Of a stretch of DNA of 60,373 nucleotides, positions 26,915 to 41,015 are shown in pieces. A program made the translations under genes and the position numbers. The stretch lies in NCBI GenBank assembly GCA_001655205.1, contig LPNZ01009056.1, positions 1-60,373 of the forward strand. The letters run 5' to 3'. The notes beneath the pieces are model-generated. The model had not been told where the DNA came from. It saw only the letters and a program-made list of their open reading frames with translations, and did not search any database. The number at the start of each line of letters is the position of its first letter. The first letter of the stretch is position 1. The stretch is from Lenisia limosa (lineage: Eukaryota; Protista; Breviatea).

Positions 26915-27719
26915 AGATATAAGTATGGCACCACCTTCACCAACACATCCCCCACAACCCTGACCATACCCCCCCATTGCCCCCNNNNNNNNNNNNNNNN
27001 NNNNNNNNNNNNNNNNNNNNNNNNNNNNNNNNNNNNNNNNNNNNNNNNNNNNNNNNNNNNNNNNNNNNCAAGGGGAGGACAAGAGCCAATAGGGCTGCGA
27101 TTAGAGGAAACGGCACCACCATCTTAGGGAACGGAGCAGAGCAATTGCCTTTGTTGTAATGGGAATGCCGTTACCCATTGGCGGGCAAACATAACACAAA
27201 CCTGTCTTNNNNNNNNNNNNNNNNNNNNNNNNNNNNNNNNNNNNNNNNNNNNNNNNNNNTGATCAATTACATACACCCAACAAACAACTGCTAATTTATT
27301 TTTCCTTTGATTTTGATAGGTATGATAGATGATCAGATCTCAATTCTTGTTTCTTGGTCTCTCTTTGTTTCTTAATCACTTCATCGATTTCTCTCTCATT
27401 TTTATCTTCAGTTTTTGCGCTTAGTACAGCTGCTGCCAGCCGGCCCAGGAACCAGGAAGCCTTCCCGGTACGCACCGGGCATAATTCCTCCGCTAATATA
27501 GATAAAGTGGCGTGCAGTTTGCGCGAGGTGGCGTACCGAGAAGCAAAAGAGAAAAAGAGGGATATCATAGATTATTCAAGCACTCTGATTTTAGGGGGGG
27601 AATTTTAGCTTTGCTGGCTTTGCTGGCTTTGCTTTTGCACACACTATTATTCCCCGCAGCCACAAGTGGGTCAAAGACAACATTAGAGCCTCTTCTATCA
27701 GACAGCAGATTCATTCGAT

Positions 27720-30700
27720 ATGAACCTTATCCTCAGTGTCATCGTTAGTCTCATTACCACCGTGTTGGCCACCACCCCCTCATTGAGCAACACTGGACAG
27801 ACCTTGATAACCGATTTGCTCACGTCTACCATTCAGCTGGAGGCGCAGAATCGTGGTGTTTGTGATGTGTCGTCTGAAGGCGTTTTATTGTGCGCGGGGC
27901 AAGAGAGGGAATTGTTGTGATTGATTATTTGTATTCTTCTGACATATACTTAATATATTATCTACTATAATTCGACCTGTACAGTAGCTATTATCAGATG
28001 AGGTTTGTTTACCTATATGTCGGAATAGCTAATATTTGAGAACTGTAATTACACTTTATCATTCTCACTTTGCCATTAATCACTTCAGGCGAGAGGGCTC
28101 CAAGTTGTTTGTCTGTGTTGAAGACGAATGGCGTGTTGTTTCCCCTGAGACTACCAAAACTGGTGGGTTGAAGAAGGCGTTGCTCAGACTGTGTAAATCC
28201 ACCTATCCACATGTGCTGTTATGTTTTCCCTTTTTTGTATGTTTACCTCACTACACGACAGTAACCGATATGATATCCTATGCTGTTATTTTTTTGTACA
28301 ATTCAATTCTAAGTTTAAATAATACAGGATGTACAAAATAGGGATGACAAGGTAGTATATAGAGATCACCCATATAGGTCCTGTTTACTCCATGAGGAAC
28401 AGCAGCACACTGGCTGGAGGAGTCGCAAAAAGACCTGCGATCTTCGACGCCTTCTCAGAGTGGGTTTTCGGAAATTCCCAATAGAGAGTACTATACATCT
28501 TTTTAACACTTACCTTTCCTATTATTATCCATATCATATGATCATATATCATATAAATAATTGTATTACATGCATATCATTTAGAGCAATGAGAAAAAAA
28601 AAAAAAAAAAAAAANNNNNNNNNNNNNNNNNNNNNNNNNNNNNNNNNNNNNNNNNNNNNNNNNNNNNNNNNNNNNNNNNNNNNNNNNNNNNNNNNNNNNN
28701 NNNNNNNNNNNNNNNNNNNNNNNNNNNNNNNNNNNNNNNNNNNNNNGCCTTACAACAAAGCTTTCTGCGTGCATCCCCAGCATACTCATATCGACCCTTA
28801 AAACAAAAGCTCTAAACTCTGAGTGACTTTATTTCACCCTTCCAGGGACTCCATCTACGGATGCAATCGGATGAACTGCGATAGTGCGGATAGTCTCACC
28901 ACACCCCGCGATGGAGTCTACTTTGTTGGCGTCGCCGCAAAGATGATGGCGTATGCAGAGGAGGGGATGTTAGTTGTATCTGTCTTGATCGAAGAAGTAT
29001 CTATAGTATTGGAACGTTGTTTTTACTGGAATCATTCTACATCATTATCTTATTTCGGATAGCGTGAGTCCCCGCATTTCAGTTCCATTTGGGACGCGTG
29101 GACATTCTAACATTTTATTTTTATAATGTGGACGGCTTTGGCCGGATACAATCTTGTTTTATTTATCGTTTATTCACATTATTATAATCAATGCAGGAGC
29201 TCAGGTTATGCGGAGTTTTTTGTGTCAATTGATGGAGTTGTACCCGATGTAGCTCAATTAACTTGTAAATGGGATGGACAGTTGAAGTTTGTGATTATAT
29301 GACTCATGTCATCTCGTGTTAAGCATACAAGGTCATGATATTTTGATGAAATAATACATCAAATTATTGTTAGAACAATCACCAATTGGGCCATATCTCC
29401 CATTTTGCAACACCCTATCATGAAGCAGCCGGAATCAGTGATACGGAAACCCTGATTGAGTCATCCTTCTCTCTTAGTCTTAAAAAGGTTTGTGTCTCCT
29501 TTTTAACGTAATATTTAAAGCTATAATTGTTCAAACTGATTTCATGCTTGAGTGTACTGTTTCAAATGACTAGAAAGCAAGATGAAATATACTATTTTGA
29601 TATATTTTCCACAACCAATCAAGTTGATTTTTGTGCTTCTTGTTTCATATTACTACATAATACGTATGTATAATATTCTCTTATCCCCCCCCCCCCCCCC
29701 NNNNNNNNNNNNNNNNNNNNNNNNNNNNNNNNNNNNNNNNNNNNNNNNNNNNNNNNNNNNNNNNNNNNNNNNNNNNNNNNNNNNNNNNNNNNNNNNNNNN
29801 NNNNNNNNNNNNNNNNNNNNNNNNNNNNNNNNNNNNNNNNNNNNNNNNNNNNNNNNNNNNNNNNNNNNNNNNNNNNNNNNNNNNNNNNNNNNNNNTATCT
29901 CTTAATATTTAGCCCGCCATATGGTTGGCGGATGCAGTGAGAAAGTCAATTGCAACTCCCAGTCATACCAAATGTGCTGGAATGGAGTTGCTGTTGCTGA
30001 TGAGTGAGTGGCTTATCGTCATTCTATCCCGTTTCAATAGAGGCATACCCCTCTATATATCATATAGTATAATATTATATATTATATAATATTTTTTTTT
30101 TTTNNNNNNNNNNNNNNNNNNNNNNNNNNNNNNNNNNNNNNNNNNNNNNNNNNNNNNNNNNNNNNNNNNNNNNNNNNNNNNNNNNNNNNNNNNNNNNCAT
30201 ATCCCCCCTTCCCACCCTATGTTTTTAATATTAATAAGTTATTTTCCCTCATTTTCTTCCATTTTGATCCGCGCGTGTATCTACCTTCAATTGTGTGACA
30301 TTTCAGATTCGGTCAGTTGCAGGCGAGTAAGCAGGAGGCTTTCCAAGGCTTCACTGCCCCCCTCTCGGGCGTGTATCTCACCTCAATTAGAGCCCAGGTG
30401 AGTTGGTAAATGTTTGAAATGTAACCCATAGATTCCCTTGAAAAATTGGTATTCCTGAAAGCAAAGCTCTCCAAATTACCAGTATTCCAATCATGTGTAC
30501 AGGTACCTGCAGAGACAAGAGCGGCAATGGGAATGATTATCAACTTCAACCTCAATGATGTCTACCCCTGGGTGAGTACTACTTCAGGTGAGAGAAGGAA
30601 GGAGGGGGGCCATCTCAGGGGCACTGTATACGTTACTGGTATTCCCCCTATCTTACTGCTTCAGAACAAGAGTTTATTGACTTTTTTCAGCCTGCTGATG

Positions 30701-32372
30701 TGGCTATTTCAACTGGTAGGTTGGAATTATTGGTAAATATAGTTGCATATCATTGAACTCTCAATACTATGTACAGTAACGTTATTAACTCTTGACCTAT
30801 TTTTCTTCAGAAAATCTAAATGCATATTGATTGACCAAGATTCAATTGACTCTGATATATGTACATGTATGGTACAAAATCTTTCTGTTTCTAATTCTAT
30901 ATTCATTTAGTATTCACTTTGTTCAATTCTTCATCAGCTACCATTACAACCTTGCAATACATCAGGTACCATTAAAACCTTGCAACACATCCTAATATGT
31001 CAGGTACAACATTCCCCTATCCTATGACGAAAGGAGACGTGGCGTTTGTCGGTAATTACATCTACAGCAGGGTGTCCACCCCGAAGTTAGGCCTGTCAAT
31101 GGTTTACTTAGGTGATCTCGAGGAACAACGTGAGTGAGACTTACTTGTTTAGAGATGTGCCATGATATATCTATCGATATAGGTCATATACTCTTGAATC
31201 GGTTTCCTATTATAGTGACGTATTTAAAGGTTACCAGTTTAATTTTGATATTTTGAACATCTGTAATAATGCTACAATGGTCCCCTCCTTCATTCATTGA
31301 GGTGGTCACTCACCTCACCCCCCCCCCNNNNNNNNNNNNNNNNNNNNNNNNNNNNNNNNNNNNNNNNNNNNNNNNNNNNNNNNNNNNNNNNNNNNNNNNN
31401 NNNNNNNNNNNNNNNNNNNNNNNNNNNNNNNNNNNNNNNNNNNNNNNNNNNNNNNNNNNNNNNNNNNNNNNNNNNNNNNNNNNNNNNNNNNNNNNNNNAC
31501 CCTTCAGATTCGTGACTGGCGAGAGTTTGACAACCGGAATGGCGTCGACGTTCATTGCGCAGACTGACGGCATTTACTTCATTCATGCAAACCCTAACTA
31601 CCCAGCAGCGTGAGAGAAATTTATTCTTTAAATCACCTACAAATATTGATCGGAACACTTAGCATGTTTTAATACTCGCTTTCCATAATCATTCAGAACT
31701 TCGGGGGCACTCATGTTAGAAGTACAAAAACCAGGGTTTTCTGTGCAATACCTCGACCTTACATCGTTTGGGGGTCATACGTTTCATCATAAATGTGACT
31801 TATCCCAGTCACTATACATGTAGTTACTTATCCCGTTGTATGTTGCGTATGGCGGTGCAGTTATAGTCCTAACATGCTGAATGTATCTCTATTTCTTTTT
31901 TTTTTATCAATTTGTAGTTATTGATTTATTTAGACCCCAACCGTACTCAACGTGGATTGATGCATGTTTGCGGGACTGAGCTAACCCATGATAATAGTTG
32001 AAAGCCATAGGAGATTTTTATGTTGAGACATCCAAATGAGCCCAATCAAAGCATCGTCACCAATCATTTTAAACAGCAATTCTTCCCCTCAACAGTAAGA
32101 ACACAGAAATAACCCCTCTCTCAAACACAAATACCTCGCTTACCCCAAACCTCACTCCTCAGTCCGGTCACTGGCGCTGTTCCTCCCCAGCGGCTCAACT
32201 CTGCATTTTGTTGGCAAATCTGGACACGTGTTGCCATCCCGGGTTGACNNNNNNNNNNNNNNNNNNNNNNNNNNNNNNNNNNNNNNNNNNNNNNNNNNNN
32301 NNNNNNNNNNNNNNNNNNNNNNNNNNNNNNNNNNCTATGCAGGTCTTCATTACTCCCATCAACGCCATGTAG
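27720..32372 (+). CDS. Secreted multi-exon protein with repeated C1q/TNF-like motifs
   Basis: Signal-peptide-like start MNLILSVIVSLITTVLA. C1q-like FxAPxxGxYxF motifs: LTTPRDGVYFVGVAA (~28900) and STFIAQTDGIYFIHAN (~31545). C1q-like terminal strands: KGDVAFVGNY..LGLSMVYLG (~31030-31115) and SLALFLPSGSTLHFVG..MQVFITPINAM* (TAG 32370-32372). Five N-gaps hide exons. Confidence 0.55.
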
Positions 32373-32499
32373 ACCAATCACTGTAGTGTGAGTTAATTTG
32401 TATCATGTACCCCGGTTTTGTAGAATACAGTCATTCCATGTCTGCCTCGCTTACATACATATATACAACTAACAAACACCTAAAATGAAAGACCTCATA

Positions 32500-35330
32500 A
32501 ACATAATAAAAAAAAACAAGAAACATCAGCCCAATCGGGAAACACTGAGAGCACTGCCTGATGCCAGCAATTCGGCGCCGGCTTCCGAAGGATGCACATC
32601 TGAACGACCAATTGCCTGGTGTGAGGTAAGAAGGGGCCATCATCCATAGTGCTGTTGTAGAGAAAATAGGCAAAAAAAAAGTTGATACCACAGAAAGAGG
32701 TGTCTGAGGTCGTTTTAACAAGAATCTGCGATCTTGTGATGTACTAAAACAGTTTAATGTAATTACAAATCCCACCAACCGCCACACTTGACGCACCGAA
32801 AGGGCTTGGGGCTTTCCTGCGGTTAGGAGCAGTGGAAGGTCGCATCTGAAAAGGTATAGGAATTGCAAATTGGCATCTGAGTATGTGCAGAAAGACACAT
32901 ACCACACAAAACGTTTCATTGAACAAGATGTATGAAGTCAAAGAAAAATTCTAAAGTGACATGAGGAACGTAGTGGATGTCCGACCTGCCTATTTGGAGG
33001 GACAGCAGAGGAGGGGCGGGACTTGGTTTTGGCAGGCTTGGAGGAGGATGGGCGTGCTAAGAGATGAGCCTCATATATGTAGGTGAAATAAGACAACATT
33101 GAGAATGTTTGTTGGATTCTGTATACTACATGTATACTTAAAAAATAAAGCTTCCTTAACAACACAAAGCTCAAACCGTTTGGCATAATGTAGTTGGCAG
33201 AAGACGGGCGGGAATGAAGTGACGAACGTGACGCCGTGGAGGGCCGCGACCCTAATGAATAATTCGGATATCGTTGATGTGTGTCTCATAATTACTGGTG
33301 TGGAATCAATTGATTGAATAGCCACCCTTCCCCCATCCACTGTGAAAAACAAAACAAAAAAATAGCATTTGACAAACTTTGACTGTCAGAAGCTGCAGTT
33401 GGGATTCGTCGATGTTTGGTACTGAAAATAGTAAAAATAGAATGTAAGAGTTGGAAGCAAATACATCAAGAGAGAAATGCTCTGGCTGGAGATACGTATG
33501 CTGAGAAAGCTAAACAAGGTTCAACACAAGTTGTGCAACTATATAATACTGCATCAAAGGTGCTGCTACTACATTCAGAGTGACATCACAAGCTTGCTTA
33601 CTCTGGTGAGTGTCGTCGCCTTGCTCCAAACCCTCGATTCTGGGGTGCGCCAAGAGACATGCCCAACTTTGAGGCTATGGCCGACGACTCAGCAGGAAGA
33701 CTGTATTGTTAAACACAGTTTTTGTTTGATAAAAACACTGGAAACAAAAAATATAGACTGCTATCAAAAAAACATATCGCATAAATAATAGAAAAAAGCT
33801 GTTTATATCACTCACGATGATAAGTTTAGTGGTTTCGGCATGCTGGCGTCAAGATTGGTGGAGTCAGGACTGTGATGTAAAAATAGCAGACTTTTCAGCC
33901 ATGATGCTGAAGAAAGACATCTCAATTAAGACGGATTTATTTCAAAACAAGTAAAATGTATCGTGATAATGATATTTTTCCCTAGGAAATAATCACAGAG
34001 CAAATCGGTCAAGGCTTATCCCGGTCACTGTAAGTAGAACAGAAAGAACAATAAAAAACCCTTTGTAAACAATAAACACAGCATTTGTCCAACCATCACG
34101 ACAACATTGAATTCACTTCCACAAGTGCGGAAAATAATTGCTTTACCTGACTTACTCTGTTGCCAAGTGTCGTCTCGGAGTGTTTTCACGGATACTGTGC
34201 CGCTCAGTGGTAGCTTTTCGAGTGGATATGGCCATGTACTCCTCAAGCCAACTGAAAAGTTAGACTATGTTTGCTTCAATAATAAACAAAAAAAAAACAG
34301 GCTGTGAGTCTTCTTACTCGGGCTTATAGTCTGATGGTTGCAGCTCTTCGTCAAGTGGCTCGGGTTTTGCCTGTGAATATTAGTCTTAAATTACCTTAAA
34401 GACTGTATGTCAACCCATATCATACAAAATACAATTTTATTTATGGACTACATAAATGATATAAAATACACATGATTCAGAAGAATGAACTGTATTTCCC
34501 AAATTAGAGACAACTGAAACACATCTCTCGTTTCTTACATTTAGAGCTTCCTCAAGAACTTCAGGAAGTACAGGAGATTCCAAATCCTTGCAACATTTAG
34601 AAGAATAGCTATTAATATGCAAGCATTTTATTTGGGATATTAACCGCACAATTCATGTTCCAAACAAAATCTAAATTCATATCAAGAAGAAACCAACCTG
34701 TGAGGGTGGCGTGGAAATGTTTGACACGGGCGAAACTTCTTCATTAAAAAGAACTGGCGAACTGCTAAAGATTTATCAATTGAGGAATTGGGATTTCTGC
34801 TATTAAATGATATATAATATCATATAATTAGTAAATATAACATCCTATTATATCTATCATATATACATGTAACCAGTAACTAAATCGTACAGAAGTCTAT
34901 TATTTCTCAAGATGGTGACAACAGCCACCAACCTATTTTCCTTCATAGCTACCAAGGGGAACGTGTCGTTTGAATAACTACTACTTGGGGGTGATGGCGG
35001 AAGGGGTGTCGTGAGTGCAGAGGCCTGGTGATTATTAGGGGAATAATAGTTGGAAAGATATATTGTTTAATAGGAAAAACAAAATACAGTTGGTTAACCG
35101 TTTGAACACTCAGTTGTCTACATCGGAAAGGAACGCAATTGAAAAAGGAATGCCATTAATACAAGGGGAACATTTCGTCTGTTGAAATGACAAGTTTAAA
35201 CATTTTTTCAACAATTCGTAAAGATGACCGGTTTGTGATATCGGGGTTTCTGACAAGTGTAGTAGACTCCTGGGTATGATGGGATCTGGATTACTTGTAT
35301 CATTCTCTCTCTAGCATGAAAAGCCCGAAA
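32500..35330 (-). CDS. Ser/Pro-rich multi-exon protein with a C-terminal CxxC..CxxC (zinc-ribbon-like) segment; may continue the 35400-39329 gene
   Basis: Exons include ASALTTPLPPSPPSSS, DLESPVLPEVLEEALN, AKPEPLDEELQPSDYKPE, WLEEYMAISTRKATTERHS and ARPSSSKPAKTKSRPSS. ESPKPFRCVKCG splices in phase to GNWSFRCASFGSRRRIAGIRQCSQCFP. Confidence 0.5.
33980..34032. mobile_element. Partial copy (spacer plus one arm) of the hairpin MITE at 46812
   Basis: aatcggtcaaggcttatcccggtcactgta matches the right arm at 46862-46891 with one mismatch. The spacer is similar and the left arm is absent. Confidence 0.75.
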
Positions 35331-35399
35331 AGGATTGGGTTATAGGAAACTGATGACAAAAACAATCCTCATTGACCACTCCCAATTCATTCTGTTTGT

Positions 35400-38300
35400 A
35401 ATTTACTCATACAAGTATCACAAAGTAGGGCAGCTCTGTGGTGCGTTTTTACTAACCCCGCATGATCGAAGCCTGATGTCCCGTAAATATTTTTTGGCAT
35501 TTTTTTTTGCTTTCTTGCGGTAGTAATAGAACATTTGGAGGTCGACAGTGGAGTGTTTTCGACAGTAATGTGCGTGACAGTCTTGTGAATCGGTTTTAAG
35601 TTTGAACTAACAATGACTTTTAGCATTTTTATATATGATATATCAAGATGGAAGCACAAAATGCAGAAACCGAGCAAATGTGGAAAATTTGGCATCAGAT
35701 ATTATGCAAATTGTGTGGCTCGCCGCAATTTGAAAATCAAATGCGCGCAAAATGCTGAAAATTTCCCTTTGCATCATCCCCTATTGAAGGATTTGTGGAT
35801 CTACTACATATTAACCAAGCTTGAGGGTTCTAACTGTCTACTAAACAAACAAAAAAAAAACGATTCGTTCAATTGTAATTTGAAAAATACTCAATGAAAA
35901 AAGCAGATGTCAAAACTATCATGTTAACTCGTAAACAAAAAGAAAAATTATTACTTGCACCAGAAAATAATGAACTTACTTCTTGGTGCGGAGTTTCGGC
36001 AAAGGTCTCTGCAGGCGCTCTTGATTTGATATCTAAAAGAAAAATACTGTCAAAGTCTATGCAAACATTTGTAGTACAAAAGTCTTTGCTCCTACATCGT
36101 TTCATGTGAACAAACTGCTCGATCATCAGGCTGTTTTCAGACTCGGCAATGGAGAGCTCGCGTTTCTAACGAGAAAAGGTAAAAAAAAAACCGGTGTAGA
36201 TTTAAGGTAAATGGGACATCCAAATACTCACCCATTTTTTGACTTGGTTATTAAGGATCTTGTTCTCTGTTCGCATGTCATTTCTAAGAAGATAAACAGC
36301 TGCCAAATACAATATATACATATATGATCTAATCTAATATTACTTTGTGGATTGTGACCTCGAACCATCAGTCACACTACTTAAAATGAGCAATAAAAAA
36401 AACAAGTGATGTATTTCCATGCGGAAAAACCAAATGACCCGCATACAGTTGATGATTCAGGAAATTCATTTGGTGCATCATGTTGGACTGGTTCTGAAGA
36501 GCTTTCTGTGCTTCTTCAGGAAGAGACTGCGGTGGTTATTAAGTCTCGAAAGAACTAAGAAACTTATGTATCCCCCCGTGTTTACCTGGAACACGCGTTT
36601 TTCGATGTCAACAACTGCCACATCAAGGGCCTTGCGATGTTCTCTTCGAAGGTTGATGGTCGTTTCTCTCCTTCGAGCACTAATAGCGTAATTGATTAAA
36701 CATCAACTTGTGGAAACTTTTAAAGCTTTTATCAAGCAGGGATACTGCGTTTTCCAATTTCATACTCAAGGTTAAGTTTATCATGATCAAGGAGGAGGTG
36801 CTTGATCTCCAGCTCAGCTTTCAACTCTTCCATATCAACTAAACAGTGAAGCAATAAACACGGATAAAAGGATGTTCATAGCACAAAAGAGGTAGTCAAT
36901 GATATAATCAAAGCAACAGACAAGAACACCAACATTTCAGCTTATCATTCTCAGCTTTGAGATTTAATGAATTCTGAGCAGCATCTTCCAACTGTGATAT
37001 TTCATTGAGAAGAACGTCAATACGGGTCTACGCAGGTCAGCAACCTAGGCGGAATGGAAAGCTCCAATATGAATGTGACACCCACCTCATAGTTCTTTTT
37101 GAGAGCCAAAAGGTCCGAGGAAGACAATTCTTGAACTTGAGTAAGCTCAGAGTTGACATGATTTAGCTCTGCCTAGCAAGTTAGAAGTAAGTTTGAAGTA
37201 TTAAATCAGGGCGAATTACATACATGAAGAATGAGGTGTAAGTGACAAGGGCATCATTCAAGAAACTACCATCTTATCATAAATTGACATTGTTTCAGAC
37301 CAGTGTATAATTCCAACATACTCGAAGTGTGTTGATTGTTGCATCTCTTTGTTTGGTGACAGCTCGTAAGGATACCACCAGAGACTTGTAATACTGGAAC
37401 GATTAGGGCATTGTAAGTGAGAATACTGGAGAAACCACCAATTATCAAATAGCTTTCGAGATCAGATTACATACTTCTGAACACTGTCAAGACCTTTTAT
37501 TGTTTCGCCTACCTTAATTTCTTGGTTAACTGTTTTTGGAGGTGGCTGTTTGGAATAAGATGCCAGTGCTGGGCGACTGGAATAAAAAGTGAGATAGATG
37601 GGGAGGTGACTAAGTAATGTGAAATTATATGGCCTAATTGGGGAGTAAAAGATAAATGGTATGTAACACAAACATATCTTCACTGTGGAACTAAATCCAG
37701 CAAAAACAGACTTTAGTAACACCCCCCACCCTAACCTTTGCTGACCACTGATCCTTCTCGAGGCTGACGACACCCGGGGCGGAGCAGTGCGTTTGGCTCG
37801 GAGTTGTGGAAGGTCGGCTTCGTCCACACTACTTACGCTGACGTCATCATCGTCCTGGATGAAGTCGTCTATGTCACTCTGAGGGGGGGGGGGTCATCAG
37901 GTGTGTGGTTGGAACGGTGAAAAATCTCGTACTATACTTATGATTTATTAAATTGGTCTCTAATTGCTTAATATGTATCATATAGAACGCAAATTGCTCT
38001 TTCAAAACAGAAAATTAGAATGATTGAGATGGTGTTTGAGGAATCTGTTAGCTCACCACCCCCAACCCAAACTTGTATACAACTCTCTCACACGAATTAC
38101 GATTTTGGTATCCCTTGATCATATTGTTTTTTAAAAAATTAATCCCCAAACAGTGAACTCCTGACTAGCAGAGCTTGAGATTGTCGCCTTGCTACTTCCC
38201 GATACCGGCCTATTGCCTGAACCAGGTCTGAAGGTGACCCTTGAAGGGCTCAACGGCTACTGGGTTAATTGTAGCCATCTTTCATTCATAGAAATACGTA

Positions 38301-39329
38301 GTTTCTCGATAACTTACGCTTCTTTAAGGATACCCTTACCCCAATTTCGGTAAAATAATAAGGTATAGTTATAAAGGTGCGCAGTTTTATCTATCTTTAA
38401 TAAAAATTCTAAACAATTCCAATGACAATAAACAGCAAAATTTATGTGAACATACCCTTGAAGCGCTTGGTGGCCTTGGTGGCGTATCTGCACTGGGGGA
38501 ATCTGGGGTTTTCAAAGATCCGGCGGTTCTAAAAAATATCAACATTACTGATAGAATATGTATTCCACGTGATTGTATCTTTACATATCACAATCATTCA
38601 AGCACTTCAATAGTTCATTATTTAGTTGGAAACGGTAGCACTTTTCATACTTGACAGAGCTTGATGAGGATATTCTTAAAGCGGATCTGAGGGAAACAGC
38701 AGCATCAGTTGGGGCTGAAATATCATTTTACAGTTATGGAGAGTCTATGAGCAGAAAATTTGCTGCCAAGAAAGGTTTCAGGATGAAGTTTAACATGATA
38801 CCGAAAAAACCCCACTTCGGTCATCGCAATACAAAAATAAACTCGTAATTCAAGGAACTTCACGCTTTATTTTAACAGATGTCTCCCACTAACATTGATG
38901 GCCGAGGTCAAATGAGCTGTCTCCATCCTGGGGGGCTGGCGACTGTGGCTTCGGCTTCTAAAACGTTGGTTTTGTGCAGAAGTCAAAATAAGAAAAGTAA
39001 TAATTACTGGATGTAAGATCATTTGTGAAACATAAAACGCTTGAAAAAGAGGACTGATCGGAATAGACGATCATATGGCTACTATATTCTCCCTGTGGAA
39101 GTGCCCCCAAAGTGATATGATGTGTGTGCACCAATGTAGAAATCGGAAATAAAACAAGAGTAGTATCTGCCCAGATTTCGCGGACCTTCTCCACCACCTT
39201 GTAGAGCCGCTGGTTTTGGACGGCTATTTTAAAGTCCCTAAGTGGTGAAACTAAACACGAGCTCAGAAAAGAACAAAAAGAGTCCTTTTGAAACGACGAT
39301 AACTGGATGAGGATTGACCATGTCCTCAT
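35400..39329 (-). CDS. Multi-exon protein with acidic linker and coiled-coil region
   Basis: Exons with strong GT donors: DFKIAVQNQRLYKVVEKVREIWAD, YHVKLHPETFLGSKFSAHRLSIT, NRRIFENPRFPQCRYATKATKRFK, SDIDDFIQDDDDVSVSSVDEADLP, AELNHVNSELTQVQELSSSDLLALKKNYE, VADLRSRIDVLLNEISQLEDAAQ and DMEELKAELEIKHLLLD. Start codon uncertain. Confidence 0.6.
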
Positions 39330-39520
39330 GTTATTCGCTTATTGTGCATACCTTGGGACGTTCATCACAATTCACACGGATCAACAAATAAAATTTAGAA
39401 TCATGCCTGCTTTTATGAGTTGAAACAACTGCCCAACTATTATTCGATTTCCTGTAAATTCCACCCGTGAATTCTTCCAGGTAAAATTTTATTTATTCAT
39501 AAAATAGCAATGAGACGAAT

Positions 39521-39541
39521 GAGAGAGAGAGAGAGAGAGAG
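39521..39541. repeat. (GA)n microsatellite
   Basis: About 10 GA units. Confidence 0.95.
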
Positions 39542-39804
39542 GTGGGCAAGAGGGCAATAAATACCAATTGATGGAACCCCCAGTAAAATTTATAACCTTT
39601 TAATATTTTTTTATTATTTGATTTGACCCCAGGTTCTTGGGGGATCTTAATTTTTCCCCGTTGCAAGTTCAAGTTCAAGTTTGATTTGATGCTGTGATGC
39701 TGCGGTGATATTAAAAATAAGAACGATTTTGAAAACGATTCCTTTATATGCTACTCAATTTTTCGCTGACCAAGACCTAGAACTTAATAACCTCTAATTC
39801 AGAC

Positions 39805-41015
39805 GATATTGTCATAACTGGAAATTACTACGCGCACAAAAGAAGTAATTAAAATGAGTTTGCCTTTCTTCTTCTTTTTTTTTTTTCTTTTTTTCTAACT
39901 CCACAGTAAAGCGGTCAAATATGAAAATCTCCGATGATCAAAGGGCTGCTATGCTCGAAGGACGGAAAAAGGCAAAAGAAAAGCGCGAAGCGGTTTGGTT
40001 TATGACTATTAAAATAACCACTTCCGGATTTCTTTAATTTTATCAACTTTGAATATCTACAAGGTTCCCTCCCCACCCATCCTCCTCCCTTATTGTTTCC
40101 TATATTGAGGAGTAGGCACCTTAGTTTTTCAATAATTATTTTCCAAGGAAAAGAGGAAGCTTGCCGAGCAAAATGGGGAAACTTCGCTCAATATGCCTCA
40201 AGTAGGTCGTAGCACTTATTGCATAATTTTTTGGTTTTGTTTTGTTTTGTTTTGTTTTGTTTTGTTTTGTTTTGTTTTGTTTTGTTTTGTTTTGGACATT
40301 TACTAGTTATATACTATTGTACTATAACATCTGTATATATGGGTATTGCATTAAGTACATTGACCGTTAGTTTGGCTATATTTCGTTATGGGACAAGAAC
40401 CTGATTTATGGGATTTGATTTGATTTGCTCTTTTCTTTTACTGTGTTCATTTACTCTCGGATAACTACAGGTTATGTTCTTTTCATTTTGCATCTCATTC
40501 AACCCTACAGGCATCATCGTGGAACGCGAGAAAGGTGCCGAAAAACAGACCCCAGGTTGTACACAAACAAAAGGAAGTCATTGGTTCGCTGGTCATTTCC
40601 ACATTCCATATTCTGAAACAGTATTCTCTTTTTTGACTGCAATGAACCCTGACCGTTGTTAGTTTTGATCGGTATATTCCTGACAGAAATCTGATTTGCC
40701 CATGACTTACAACAGGCTAATTATATTTTCCGAAAGACAGTATAATTATAAAACCCAAAATATTTTATTCTAGCTAATTGTACAGACTGTTTCCCATCCC
40801 CTTTCCAAGAAGTTAATCAATACATGTCTTTGTAACCCAAAAATATTCTAAATGATCCGGCAAGTTACAAACGCTCAATGCAATAATCACCCCACAGGCG
40901 AGATCTTCTCCCCCAAAAAGAAGTCCAGCATGCGCATTTCTGACGCGCAACGTGAGGCCATGAACGAAGGCAGACGCAAGGCTCGTGAAAAGAGGAAACT
41001 TGAATTGGACGCCTT
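39805..41015 (+). CDS. Exons of a basic protein with a duplicated ISDxQRxAMxEGRxKAxEKR motif
   Basis: Exon from 39907: KRSNMKISDDQRAAMLEGRKKAKEKREA, followed by EKRKLAEQ. Exon from ~40899: KKKSSMRISDAQREAMNEGRRKAREKRKLELD. Confidence 0.6.
40235..40294. repeat. (TTTTG)n microsatellite
   Basis: About 12 perfect TTTTG units, intronic. Confidence 0.97.

Noticed and set aside
38170-38850. Plus-strand ORFs (AELEIVALLLPDTG..; 38651-38848)
   Set aside because: The minus strand has stronger donors (gtatgt, gtatga, gttagt) and coherent exons, so these look like antisense shadows.
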